From: a virus
Lineage: Duplodnaviria; Caudoviricetes
Reading direction: 5' to 3' (one strand)
IMG/VR virus record: IMGVR_UViG_3300002098_000157
Span: 1 to 24,151 of that record
DNA length: 24,151 nt
Of the stretch, positions 1-7,662 are shown piece after piece. Each line of letters opens with the position of its first letter. Positions within the stretch are counted from its first letter, which is position 1. The position numbers and the translations under genes were made by a program. The notes beneath the pieces are model-generated. The model was not told the DNA's origin and ran no database searches. It saw nothing but the letters and a program-made list of their open reading frames with translations.

Positions 1-140
1 ACAATGGGTTTGGCAACTTGCTGACGAATCCACTGATGACCGACAACGGCCAAACAGTTGGCGAGCGCAACAGGGCTGAACTTCATGCGCGATTGGATGA
101 ATGGCTCAATGGCAATTTTATGGACGAGTTGAACGCTTAA
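1..140 (+). CDS. 3' end of hypothetical protein (partial, runs off left edge)
   Basis: Open frame from nt 3 (NGFGNLLTNP...DELNA) to TAA at 138-140, followed by the RBS of the next gene. Confidence 0.6.
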   Translation, partial: NGFGNLLTNPLMTDNGQTVGERNRAELHARLDEWLNGNFMDELNA

Positions 141-158
141 TTTATAGGAGTAAGCACA

Positions 159-350
159 ATGAACGAAGACAACAATCAAACACCAGAAATTGCCAACGCT
201 ATTTTGCGTGCGGCAGAATTGCTAGGTAACAACGGCGCGGTTACAAACATGGGCGCCATTGAGGCGCACTCAGTAAAAATAGCTGATGCCCTTAATCGAA
301 TCGCTGATGCCATATTTAAATTGGCTGAAGTGAATGAAGGCCGCGAATAA
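159..350 (+). CDS. hypothetical protein, 63 aa
   Basis: AGGAG RBS upstream of the ATG; helical-looking sequence; fits tight + strand gene packing. Confidence 0.75.
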   Translation: MNEDNNQTPEIANAILRAAELLGNNGAVTNMGAIEAHSVKIADALNRIADAIFKLAEVNEGRE

Positions 351-361
351 AAGAAAACAAA

Positions 362-670
362 ATGAGAAAACCAACTCAAGAACGAATCCGTGACCTCCTA
401 CGCAAGTACGAGGATGGCCTGACTACCCTAGAGGTGGCCCGGTACATCATGCTTGACGCCAGCAACACCAAACGAGCCCTCGTGGCCATGCCAGACGTGT
501 ACATCGACCGATGGATACACCGCTCTGGCTCAGGCCGAGGCCCATGGCGCGAAGTCTGGTGCGCCGCCGACATACCAGCAGACTGCCCACCCCCCGAAGG
601 CTACACCAATGACTCCAATCGTAATAACCGACAAAACCCGACCCATGCACCCATTCAAACTCTGCAATAA
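362..670 (+). CDS. small putative HTH DNA-binding protein
   Basis: IRDLLRKYEDGLTTLEVARYIMLDASNTKRAL resembles a winged-HTH pattern (LTxxEVA). The C-terminal tail overlaps the next ORF. Confidence 0.6.
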   Translation: MRKPTQERIRDLLRKYEDGLTTLEVARYIMLDASNTKRALVAMPDVYIDRWIHRSGSGRGPWREVWCAADIPADCPPPEGYTNDSNRNNRQNPTHAPIQTLQ

Positions 671-773
671 GTGTGAAGAGAAGAAACCCCCAGAAGGCGG
701 CATCGAGCTTGGTGCCAAGTGGATATGCCACCCCTGCTGGATCAACCGCAACTCAAAGAAAGGCAAAAAATGA
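609..773 (+). CDS. small zinc-finger-like protein, 54 aa
   Basis: Internal ATG of the 453..773 frame. It has CNKC...CHPC pairs and a basic tail, and its stop overlaps the next start (ATGA). Confidence 0.65.
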   Translation: MTPIVITDKTRPMHPFKLCNKCEEKKPPEGGIELGAKWICHPCWINRNSKKGKK

Positions 774-1069
774 CACGGAAGCAAACCGATGACGACGCCG
801 CCATCATCCACGCTGAGGCCACCGTCCTTGAGGAAATATGCCATATACACCTTCAGGAGGTAGAGAAAGCGCATGGAGTCGTCACCGCCATGAACGTGGG
901 GATGAACGCTGGCATCTACTTGATCGCCGAAGCCCTGTCCTTCTTTGAGGATGACACCGAGCGCCTCGTGGCCACAATCCATGCCTTCACCACCGTCACC
1001 CATCAACTCAAGCTCACAATCGTCGAGAACGCCGCCGAGAGCATCATCAAGAAAGCCATGAAGAAATGA
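770..1069 (+). CDS. hypothetical protein, 99 aa
   Basis: ATGA coupling at both ends (770-773 and 1066-1069); C-ending codon bias. Confidence 0.75.
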   Translation: MTRKQTDDDAAIIHAEATVLEEICHIHLQEVEKAHGVVTAMNVGMNAGIYLIAEALSFFEDDTERLVATIHAFTTVTHQLKLTIVENAAESIIKKAMKK

Positions 1070-1338
1070 CCAACGACCTAAGCCCCCTCGCCCGCCAAAT
1101 CCTTGGCCACGGCAAAGTAATGCCCATGTACACCCAAAAGGAGTTCGACGCCGCCCTCACCGAGGCAAAGGCCGAGATCATGGCCATCGCCATCCAAACC
1201 ACCAAGCAGGCCATCCTGATCGAGCGAGAGGAGTGTGCCAAGATCGTAGACGCATGGGCAGATAGCCTGAGCAGCGAGCCCGAGATGGTAAAGATCGCCG
1301 CAGAAATCCGCAACCGTATCCCCAACCAAAGGATGTAA
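1066..1338 (+). CDS. hypothetical protein, 90 aa
   Basis: ATGA overlap; EREECAKI...IAAEIR pattern typical of small phage accessory proteins. Confidence 0.8.
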   Translation: MTNDLSPLARQILGHGKVMPMYTQKEFDAALTEAKAEIMAIAIQTTKQAILIEREECAKIVDAWADSLSSEPEMVKIAAEIRNRIPNQRM

Positions 1339-1340
1339 CT

Positions 1341-1670
1341 ATGGAACAATACTCAGAATGGGAACGGAGCCAAGAGCGCACCACCCCGCCAGAACTGCGC
1401 AACAAACCCCACGAACAAGGAATGCAAGCCATGAAAGACGCCGCCGACACCAGACAAGTGGGAGGAGACCACTACCAAGCCCTCGAAGTACAACCATGGG
1501 AGGTAATGCAACACCTACTCACACAGGAGGAGTTCATAGGCTTCCTAAAGGGGAACATCATCAAATACTCCATCAGGCAAGGAAGGAAGTCAGACAGCCC
1601 AGAGGATGGACAGAAGTGCCTGCACTACATCCAGAAGCTCAAAGAGATCACAGACGCAGAATGGGCATGA
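1341..1670 (+). CDS. DUF3310 / SaV-like protein (family includes T7 gp1.7-type nucleotide kinases)
   Basis: Signature QVGGDHY...QPWE...GFLKGNIIKY..R.GRK...D..K..HY. The start codon is uncertain. Confidence 0.85.
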   Translation: MEQYSEWERSQERTTPPELRNKPHEQGMQAMKDAADTRQVGGDHYQALEVQPWEVMQHLLTQEEFIGFLKGNIIKYSIRQGRKSDSPEDGQKCLHYIQKLKEITDAEWA

Positions 1671-1682
1671 TCCCAAACTTTG

Positions 1683-1735
1683 TGTTAAATTAGGCAACAA
1701 GAGAGCCTGACTATAGTAGTCAAATCTAGTAGGAG
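1683..1735 (+). promoter_or_regulatory. putative promoter/operator region upstream of the packaging genes
   Basis: AT-rich intergenic gap with an extended -10-like TGTTAAATT (1683-1691), the inverted repeat TGACTA-TAG-TAGTCA (1708-1722) containing TATAGT, and RBS AGGAG (1731-1735). Confidence 0.4.
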
Positions 1736-1741
1736 TTAAGT

Positions 1742-2125
1742 ATGCCCACAGGTAAGAAGTACGGCGGGAGGACGGCAGGAACCCCCAATAAGGCCACGCA
1801 AGACGCTCGACAGGCCATAGCCTCATTTGTCGATGGAAACGCCCACAGGCTCACTGAGTGGCTCGACCAAGTCGCTGAGGGAGTCAAGGCAGTGGAGGTG
1901 ACCAAGGATGGGGAGGCCGTCGAGGTGTTCGTGGTGCCACCCAACCCAGCCAAGGCGTTCGACCTATTCCAGTCCGTGGTGGAATACCACATTCCCAAGC
2001 TGGCCCGCACCGAGCACGTTGGGGACGACAACAAGCCCATGGTGGTCGAGCACCACGTCAACGTCTTTGGCGAGTTGCTGAAGGCTGCCAAGCTCAAGAA
2101 CCAGTCAGAGGCCTATGGGGGCTGA
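1742..2125 (+). CDS. terS: putative terminase small subunit
   Basis: N-terminal GKKYGGRTAGTPNK motif typical of terS-position proteins; directly upstream of and overlapping terL; strong RBS. Confidence 0.7.
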   Translation: MPTGKKYGGRTAGTPNKATQDARQAIASFVDGNAHRLTEWLDQVAEGVKAVEVTKDGEAVEVFVVPPNPAKAFDLFQSVVEYHIPKLARTEHVGDDNKPMVVEHHVNVFGELLKAAKLKNQSEAYGG

Positions 2126-3554
2126 AGCCGTCATTGAGGATGTAGTGGCGCTCCAAGAGGAGTTCCGCACCCTCAGCCCCATCGAGCAGGCTGTCTTCAA
2201 TTGGCAGTACAAGTGGCACACCCAGCAGGTGCTCCTGCATCAGGTAGAGCCGCCCGGCGAGTGGTGGAGCATCTGGCTCATGCTGGCTGGCCGTGGGGCT
2301 GGCAAGACACGCTGCGCCGCCGAGACGCTGGCAGGGTGGGCTTGGGAGACACCCAACACCCGCTGGCTGGTGGCTGCCCCCACGAGCGGGGACATCAGGG
2401 GCACATGCTTTGAGGGTGAGTCCGGGCTGCTGGCCGTCATCCCTGAGTGCCTGATCGCCCCAGAGGGCTACAACCGCACCCTGCACGAGCTACGCCTGAT
2501 CAATGGCAGTCTGATCAAGGGCATCTCGGCCACCGAGCCAGATCGCTTCCGTGGCGCCCAGTGGCATGGGTTCTGGGCCGACGAGTTGGCCGCATGGGAT
2601 CGCCTGCAAGAGGCATGGGACATGATTGCCTTCTCTGTCCGTCTGGGCCAGCGCACCAAGGGCATCGTGACCACCACGCCCAAGCCCAAGCCATTGATCA
2701 TGGACTTGCTGGGCCGTGAGGGCGACGACGTGGTTGTGACCCGTGCCAGCACCTACAGCAACATCAAGAACCTCGCCCCGTCCTTCCAGAAGCAGATTCT
2801 CCAGTACGAGGGCACCAACCTCGGGCGCCAAGAGATTCACGCCGAGATCATCGACCCCGAGGAAGGCGGCATTGTCAAGCGCGAGTGGTTCAGGCTCTGG
2901 CCCAACGGCAAGCCCTTCCCCAAGCTGGAGTTCATCCTCCAGTCCTACGACTGCGCCACCTCGGACAAGACCCACAACGACCCGACCGGCTCCATCACCC
3001 TTGGCGTGTTCAAGCCATTGGATGGTGGCATGTGCGTCATGGTGCTGGACTGCTGGGTGGATCACCTCACCTACCCCCAACTGCGCCCCAAGGTAATCGA
3101 CGAGTTCGAGGTGGTGTACGGAGAGGGCAAGGAGAAGAAGCGCGTTGACCTCCTGCTGGTGGAGGACAAGTCCGCAGGCATCAGCCTGATCCAAGACTTG
3201 CAGCAGGCCGACCTGCCCGTCCACGCCTACAACCCCGGCAAGGCCGACAAGATACAGCGCCTGTCCATCGTGGCCAACATCATCAAGGCCGGGCGTGTCT
3301 GGGTGCCTGAGTCGGGCAACCGCAAGGGCTTCGTCCGTGACTGGGCCGAAGGCATGGTCAGCCAGATATGCAGCTTCCCTGAAGGCACCGAGCACGACGA
3401 GTTCGTTGACTGCATCAGCCAAGGGCTGCGGTACCTGCGCGATGGGGGCTGGATCAGCATCGACATCCCACGGCAAGACCCGTTCGATGATGATGACATC
3501 TACGACGCAGAAGAATATAATCAGCGCAGCAAGGCCAACCCTTACGCCTCGTAA
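2115..3554 (+). CDS. terL: terminase large subunit
   Basis: Walker A AGRGAGKT, Walker B WADE, coupling motif TTTPK, RNase H-like nuclease motifs QSYD, VEDKSAG and HDEFVD. Confidence 0.97.
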   Translation: MGAEAVIEDVVALQEEFRTLSPIEQAVFNWQYKWHTQQVLLHQVEPPGEWWSIWLMLAGRGAGKTRCAAETLAGWAWETPNTRWLVAAPTSGDIRGTCFEGESGLLAVIPECLIAPEGYNRTLHELRLINGSLIKGISATEPDRFRGAQWHGFWADELAAWDRLQEAWDMIAFSVRLGQRTKGIVTTTPKPKPLIMDLLGREGDDVVVTRASTYSNIKNLAPSFQKQILQYEGTNLGRQEIHAEIIDPEEGGIVKREWFRLWPNGKPFPKLEFILQSYDCATSDKTHNDPTGSITLGVFKPLDGGMCVMVLDCWVDHLTYPQLRPKVIDEFEVVYGEGKEKKRVDLLLVEDKSAGISLIQDLQQADLPVHAYNPGKADKIQRLSIVANIIKAGRVWVPESGNRKGFVRDWAEGMVSQICSFPEGTEHDEFVDCISQGLRYLRDGGWISIDIPRQDPFDDDDIYDAEEYNQRSKANPYAS

Positions 3555-3566
3555 GTTTCGTGTAAG

Positions 3567-3581
3567 CGCGATTAAATCGCG
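3567..3581. repeat. interrupted palindrome CGCGAT-TAA-ATCGCG, copy 1
   Basis: Exact 15-mer, also at 10469 and 21272; intergenic, after the terL stop. Confidence 0.9.
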
Positions 3582-3582
3582 G

Positions 3583-3611
3583 TTGCCCACTTGAGGCATG
3601 CTTGGCATAAT
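3583..3611 (+). promoter_or_regulatory. sigma70-like promoter
   Basis: -35 TTGCCC (3583-3588), 17-bp spacer, TG-n extended -10 CATAAT (3606-3611); RBS GAGGT lies before ATG 3635. Confidence 0.6.
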
Positions 3612-3634
3612 CGCGTCTACACATTGAGGTGCCC

Positions 3635-5482
3635 ATGGCCACTAAACCATCCATCGAGCAGATGAAGTCGGAACTCACCAAGAAGGGGAAGGCCGACAAG
3701 CCTCTGCACTACAAGCCAGCCCCTCCCCTAAGTAAAGCCGATATCACTGCCGAGGCAGATCGCATCGCCCGCCAAGTGTCTGGTCAGGACAACCCACAGG
3801 GCATGACCCAGCAGCAGATGGCCCGCAATGCTGGGCTTGATGTGGACATCCGTGGCAAGAAGAAGGCCAAGATCGACCCCATCGACTTCGAGCGCTTCAA
3901 GGGCGCCTACTCCATCGGGGTGCCCGGCGACCCCAGCCGTGGTGGCCTCGTCCCCTCCAAACCCACCAAGGGCATCAAGGAGCCCAAGGCCGGTGAGTAT
4001 CTCCATGGCATTGGCGGCGAAGAGCTAGAGCGCCCTGTGCCACTGTACGGCGGTAAGGACTACGGCGCCTACGGTGGCCCGGCAGGATGGGCAAGCGACC
4101 TCTCATCGAGCGCAGGCATGTTCAATGTGGCCAAGAGGCTGGCAGAAGAAGACCCAAGCCGGGCAGTGCTTGGCCACTACCACAAGATGTCGCCCGAGTC
4201 GCTCAACCATGCCCTGCACATGCTCGACGCCGTGCTGACGTACCACCGCCCACATGAAGCGCCCAAGGAGCAGCAGGAGATGCTGAACCACCTGATGCGC
4301 AACGTCACAACAACCACGGCCAAGTCAGACATCCCGTACCCGGACTTCCCCGGCTTTGAGAACCCGGCAGCGGTCATGCTCCATGGCTCCATGAGTTCGG
4401 GCATGCGCAAGAAGCTGATCAACCTGCTGGGCACCCAGAAATACTTCCCCGGCGGCAAGCAGAAGCTGGAGGACATAGTGCATGCCATCAGTCATCCCGA
4501 GTTGCGCAACCTTGAGACAGGGGCTGGTGGCCATGCCATCTTGAAGTTCGACCCCAGCAAGGAACTGAAGGACACCATCTCCAGCCACCCCACCTATGGC
4601 CACGACATCCCCTCGGAGTTGATTGGCAAGACAAAGTACCCTACGCCATTTAAAATACTGGCACCACGCTCTCACCACAATGCCGTGACGGAGATCGCCG
4701 CCATGGGCAAGAAGGTCAACCCATTCAATCAGGCCAAAATGAACATCATCCGCGAACCTATTGACGAGCAATACATCAACCAGATGGGCGAGTACGAGCA
4801 GATGATGCGAAAGCTGCTTGGCCATGCTGAAGGCGGCAACGTCAAGGCCGAGCACATCCACAAGCTCATGGCCATGCGCCCCTACTTTGAAGAGCAGGCC
4901 AAGCGCAAGCAGGCGTACAACGACTACACCAAGACGGTCTACCCCCAGCACCAGAAGACATACTCCGACTGGGCGCAAGAGCAGGGCTACCACAATGGCC
5001 CGAGCCAAGATGAGATGCTGGCCCACGTCATGATGCACAAGGCCGAAGGTGGTGCCGTCGATCTGGCCAACGTCGGTGTCGAGGAAGCCCCCGACATGAA
5101 CGTGAAGGACTACATCAGCCCCGGCCCACAAACTGCCGACCAGTTGCCCGTCGGTGGCGTGGACATGATCCCCGTGCAGCCCGGCCAGCAACTGATGCCC
5201 TCACCCAGCCCCGGCGGTATGCCACAACCTTCCGGCCAGCCCCCCGGCATGCAGATACCTCAGGACGGCCCTCAGAACCCGCTGGCACAGCTTGGCGCAC
5301 CCAAGGGCACCCCACCTATGGGCGCGGCCCCTATGGGCATGCCTAAACCCCCACAAGGGGGATTACCCCAAGGTGTCCAGCCCCAAGGCCCGCAGCCCAC
5401 GTCAATGAGCAACCTGCTGAACCTGACCCGCCCCGGCCAAGCCCTGAACGCCATGAAACCTCAGATGGGAGCACCACGATGA
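3635..5482 (+). CDS. large modular hypothetical protein (candidate internal virion/ejection protein) with Pro/Gln/Gly/Met-rich tail
   Basis: Long ORF with phage-typical codon bias. ATG 3635 is preferred because GTG 3629 overlaps the RBS. A globular region is followed by two AEGG motifs and a low-complexity C-terminus. Confidence 0.85.
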   Translation: MATKPSIEQMKSELTKKGKADKPLHYKPAPPLSKADITAEADRIARQVSGQDNPQGMTQQQMARNAGLDVDIRGKKKAKIDPIDFERFKGAYSIGVPGDPSRGGLVPSKPTKGIKEPKAGEYLHGIGGEELERPVPLYGGKDYGAYGGPAGWASDLSSSAGMFNVAKRLAEEDPSRAVLGHYHKMSPESLNHALHMLDAVLTYHRPHEAPKEQQEMLNHLMRNVTTTTAKSDIPYPDFPGFENPAAVMLHGSMSSGMRKKLINLLGTQKYFPGGKQKLEDIVHAISHPELRNLETGAGGHAILKFDPSKELKDTISSHPTYGHDIPSELIGKTKYPTPFKILAPRSHHNAVTEIAAMGKKVNPFNQAKMNIIREPIDEQYINQMGEYEQMMRKLLGHAEGGNVKAEHIHKLMAMRPYFEEQAKRKQAYNDYTKTVYPQHQKTYSDWAQEQGYHNGPSQDEMLAHVMMHKAEGGAVDLANVGVEEAPDMNVKDYISPGPQTADQLPVGGVDMIPVQPGQQLMPSPSPGGMPQPSGQPPGMQIPQDGPQNPLAQLGAPKGTPPMGAAPMGMPKPPQGGLPQGVQPQGPQPTSMSNLLNLTRPGQALNAMKPQMGAPR

Positions 5483-7662
5483 ACCAGCAAGAGTTGCAAC
5501 GCATACTCCTCATGCCTGAAGGCTTGCGGGCTCAGTATCTTGCGGCTCTGAAGAAGCCCCAGAAGATGGCCGATGGGGGTGGGTTTGGTCGCAAAGCCCA
5601 GCGGATCAACCAAGCCACCAGCTTTGGCGATGAGCCCATGGGCAACCAAATTATCAAAGAGACGGGCGGCAACTGGCTGGGTGGTAATGTTGAGAAGGCT
5701 CTTGACCCCTTGACTCGCACCGTGCTCAATGACACTGGAGTCAACAACCTTCGGTCACGACAAGGGGATGAAGTTGCCAACGCATACCTCAAAGAACGCC
5801 CACGCCACGAGGCAGCCAACAACTGGGTGCGAGGCAACCTGACCAACTACGTCAAGAAGCAGATGGCCACCGAGGCCGACCCCGTGCGCAAGCTGGCCGA
5901 GCAGGGCATCAGTCACTTCCCCGTGGTGGATGATCCCCGCTTCTGGAATCGTAAAGGCGAGTCGGCCCGTGAGGCATTGAGTGGCAGGCAAGTCGGGAAG
6001 TCCGATCTGGCCAAGCAATGGGAAAACCGCAGCGACTCCATGATCGAGCGCGACACCGCCCAAGAACATCAAGACATGATGCACCTTGCGCCGGGCCTCT
6101 ACTCAGAGAAAGACGCATGGATCAAGAACGCGCCACCTGAGACCAAGATACACAAAACCGCAGGCAATCGCCCCGGCTTCAACGCTGCTGATCTTGGCTT
6201 TGACCACATCATGGACGTGCTCAAGGAAGACCTAGCAGAGGGCCGCATCCGTCCCGAGCAACTGAGCAAGATCAGCATGGAGCAGGCCGTGCGTCGTGTC
6301 CATGAGTACGACCAAGACAAGCTCAAGAAAATGAGAGAGGCCCAGATCAAGAACACCGAGGGCATGCCAGTCCACAAGGTATACAACGATGGCCACAAGT
6401 GGATCGAGTTGGCTATGCCAAAAGGTGAAGCGGCACTATCTGATCTTGGCAAACAAATTATGGCCAAACACAAAGCAGAAGGCACTGAGCCAAGTCCGGG
6501 TGTTTTGGAGCAAGCCATTAAACAAGGTGGAGAAGAAAAACTTCGCGAAGCCCTCAAGTACGAAGGCGACGCCATGGGCCATTGCGTCGGCGGGTACTGC
6601 CCTGATGTCATGGAAGGCCGCAGCCGCATCTTCAGCCTGCGTGACGCTAAGGGTGAGCCGCATGTGACGGTGGAGACGGAACCTTTGCATGGTGCTGAAT
6701 TAGGTCGATATGCCGCTGACTTGCCCGAGGGCAAAGATGTGATTGCAATGAAAAACCCACCTCACCGCATTGTTCAGATCAAAGGCAAAGGCAATGGCAA
6801 GCCTGTGGCCAAGTACATCCCCATGGTGCAAGACTTTGTGAAGTCCCACAGTTGGGCTGATGTGGGTGATCTGCACAATACAGACCTGATCCACCTTGAT
6901 CCAAAAAGCGATCTAGCTCAAGCCATTCAAGCCAATGGTGAGAAGCCTCCGCGATACATCACCAACCAAGAGTTGACTGACCTTAGTAAAAAGCACAACT
7001 TCCCAACGTGGGTGAACAATGTTCAGAAGAAGGCCGACGGCGGCAGCATAAAAGCATCTGAGCGTGATGCCAACCTTGCGCAGTTCTTGAAGGACAGCGC
7101 GGTTAAGGATCGGATGTACCACGCCACCTCCCATGACTTTAGCGAGTTTGCGGACAACCCACGCGGAGTGCATTTTGTAACTCCATCCGCAAATTGGGCA
7201 AACAAATTTTTGAGCCAAGACGGGGGGATGCCGCCCGACCCCTTAATCATGCCCTTGCATGTCAGCGTTAAAAACCCTTTTGATTACGCAAACAAAAAAC
7301 ACCGCGATGCTTTGGCAGTCAAAGCCAGCATCGGAAAACTTGGTATGGACGAAATCAAAAAAGGTAAGTGGGGTCGAATTGAAGACCGCACCACACTCAA
7401 GGCAATCAAAGACCTTGGGCATGACAGCGTGTACGTTAAAGAAAATGGAATCAAAAATCTTGGCGTATTTGATCCCAATCAAATTAAATCCGCCATCGGT
7501 AACCGTGGCACCTACGACCTCAACAACCCAGACATCACCAAAGCCCAAGGCGGCAGCATCAAGCCCGTGGGTTACACTAAAGAAAAAGTTACAGTTTCAC
7601 CCAGTCTTGACCGCATGCAGTACGAACTGATGAGCGTGAAACACTTCAAAAAGGCCAAATGA
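5479..7662 (+). CDS. polyvalent-type protein with PcfJ-like domain and C-terminal ADP-ribosyltransferase-like (ART-PolyVal-like) domain
   Basis: EGDAMGHCVGGY...IFSLRD...HVTVE...QIKGKGN is PcfJ-like. MYHAT...GVHFVT...PLHVSVKNP...GHDSV...VFDPNQIKSAIGNRGTYD is ART-PolyVal-like. ATGA overlaps on both sides. Confidence 0.8.
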   Translation: MNQQELQRILLMPEGLRAQYLAALKKPQKMADGGGFGRKAQRINQATSFGDEPMGNQIIKETGGNWLGGNVEKALDPLTRTVLNDTGVNNLRSRQGDEVANAYLKERPRHEAANNWVRGNLTNYVKKQMATEADPVRKLAEQGISHFPVVDDPRFWNRKGESAREALSGRQVGKSDLAKQWENRSDSMIERDTAQEHQDMMHLAPGLYSEKDAWIKNAPPETKIHKTAGNRPGFNAADLGFDHIMDVLKEDLAEGRIRPEQLSKISMEQAVRRVHEYDQDKLKKMREAQIKNTEGMPVHKVYNDGHKWIELAMPKGEAALSDLGKQIMAKHKAEGTEPSPGVLEQAIKQGGEEKLREALKYEGDAMGHCVGGYCPDVMEGRSRIFSLRDAKGEPHVTVETEPLHGAELGRYAADLPEGKDVIAMKNPPHRIVQIKGKGNGKPVAKYIPMVQDFVKSHSWADVGDLHNTDLIHLDPKSDLAQAIQANGEKPPRYITNQELTDLSKKHNFPTWVNNVQKKADGGSIKASERDANLAQFLKDSAVKDRMYHATSHDFSEFADNPRGVHFVTPSANWANKFLSQDGGMPPDPLIMPLHVSVKNPFDYANKKHRDALAVKASIGKLGMDEIKKGKWGRIEDRTTLKAIKDLGHDSVYVKENGIKNLGVFDPNQIKSAIGNRGTYDLNNPDITKAQGGSIKPVGYTKEKVTVSPSLDRMQYELMSVKHFKKAK

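Noticed and set aside
1742-2125. terS has KKYGG near its N-terminus and ends in AYGG, resembling a ubiquitin-like C-terminus
   Set aside because: The N-terminal GG belongs to the family GGRxxGTPNK motif, and the C-terminal GG is constrained by overlap with the terL start. There is no beta-grasp signature or E1/E2 gene here. Neither was counted among the 22 motifs.
2490-3608. Long minus-strand ORFs (372 aa here; also 4325-5191, 8744-9484, 13179-14195, 15241-16269, 17484-18287)
   Set aside because: They are antisense shadows of strongly biased + strand genes, with no recognisable motifs and no independent support.
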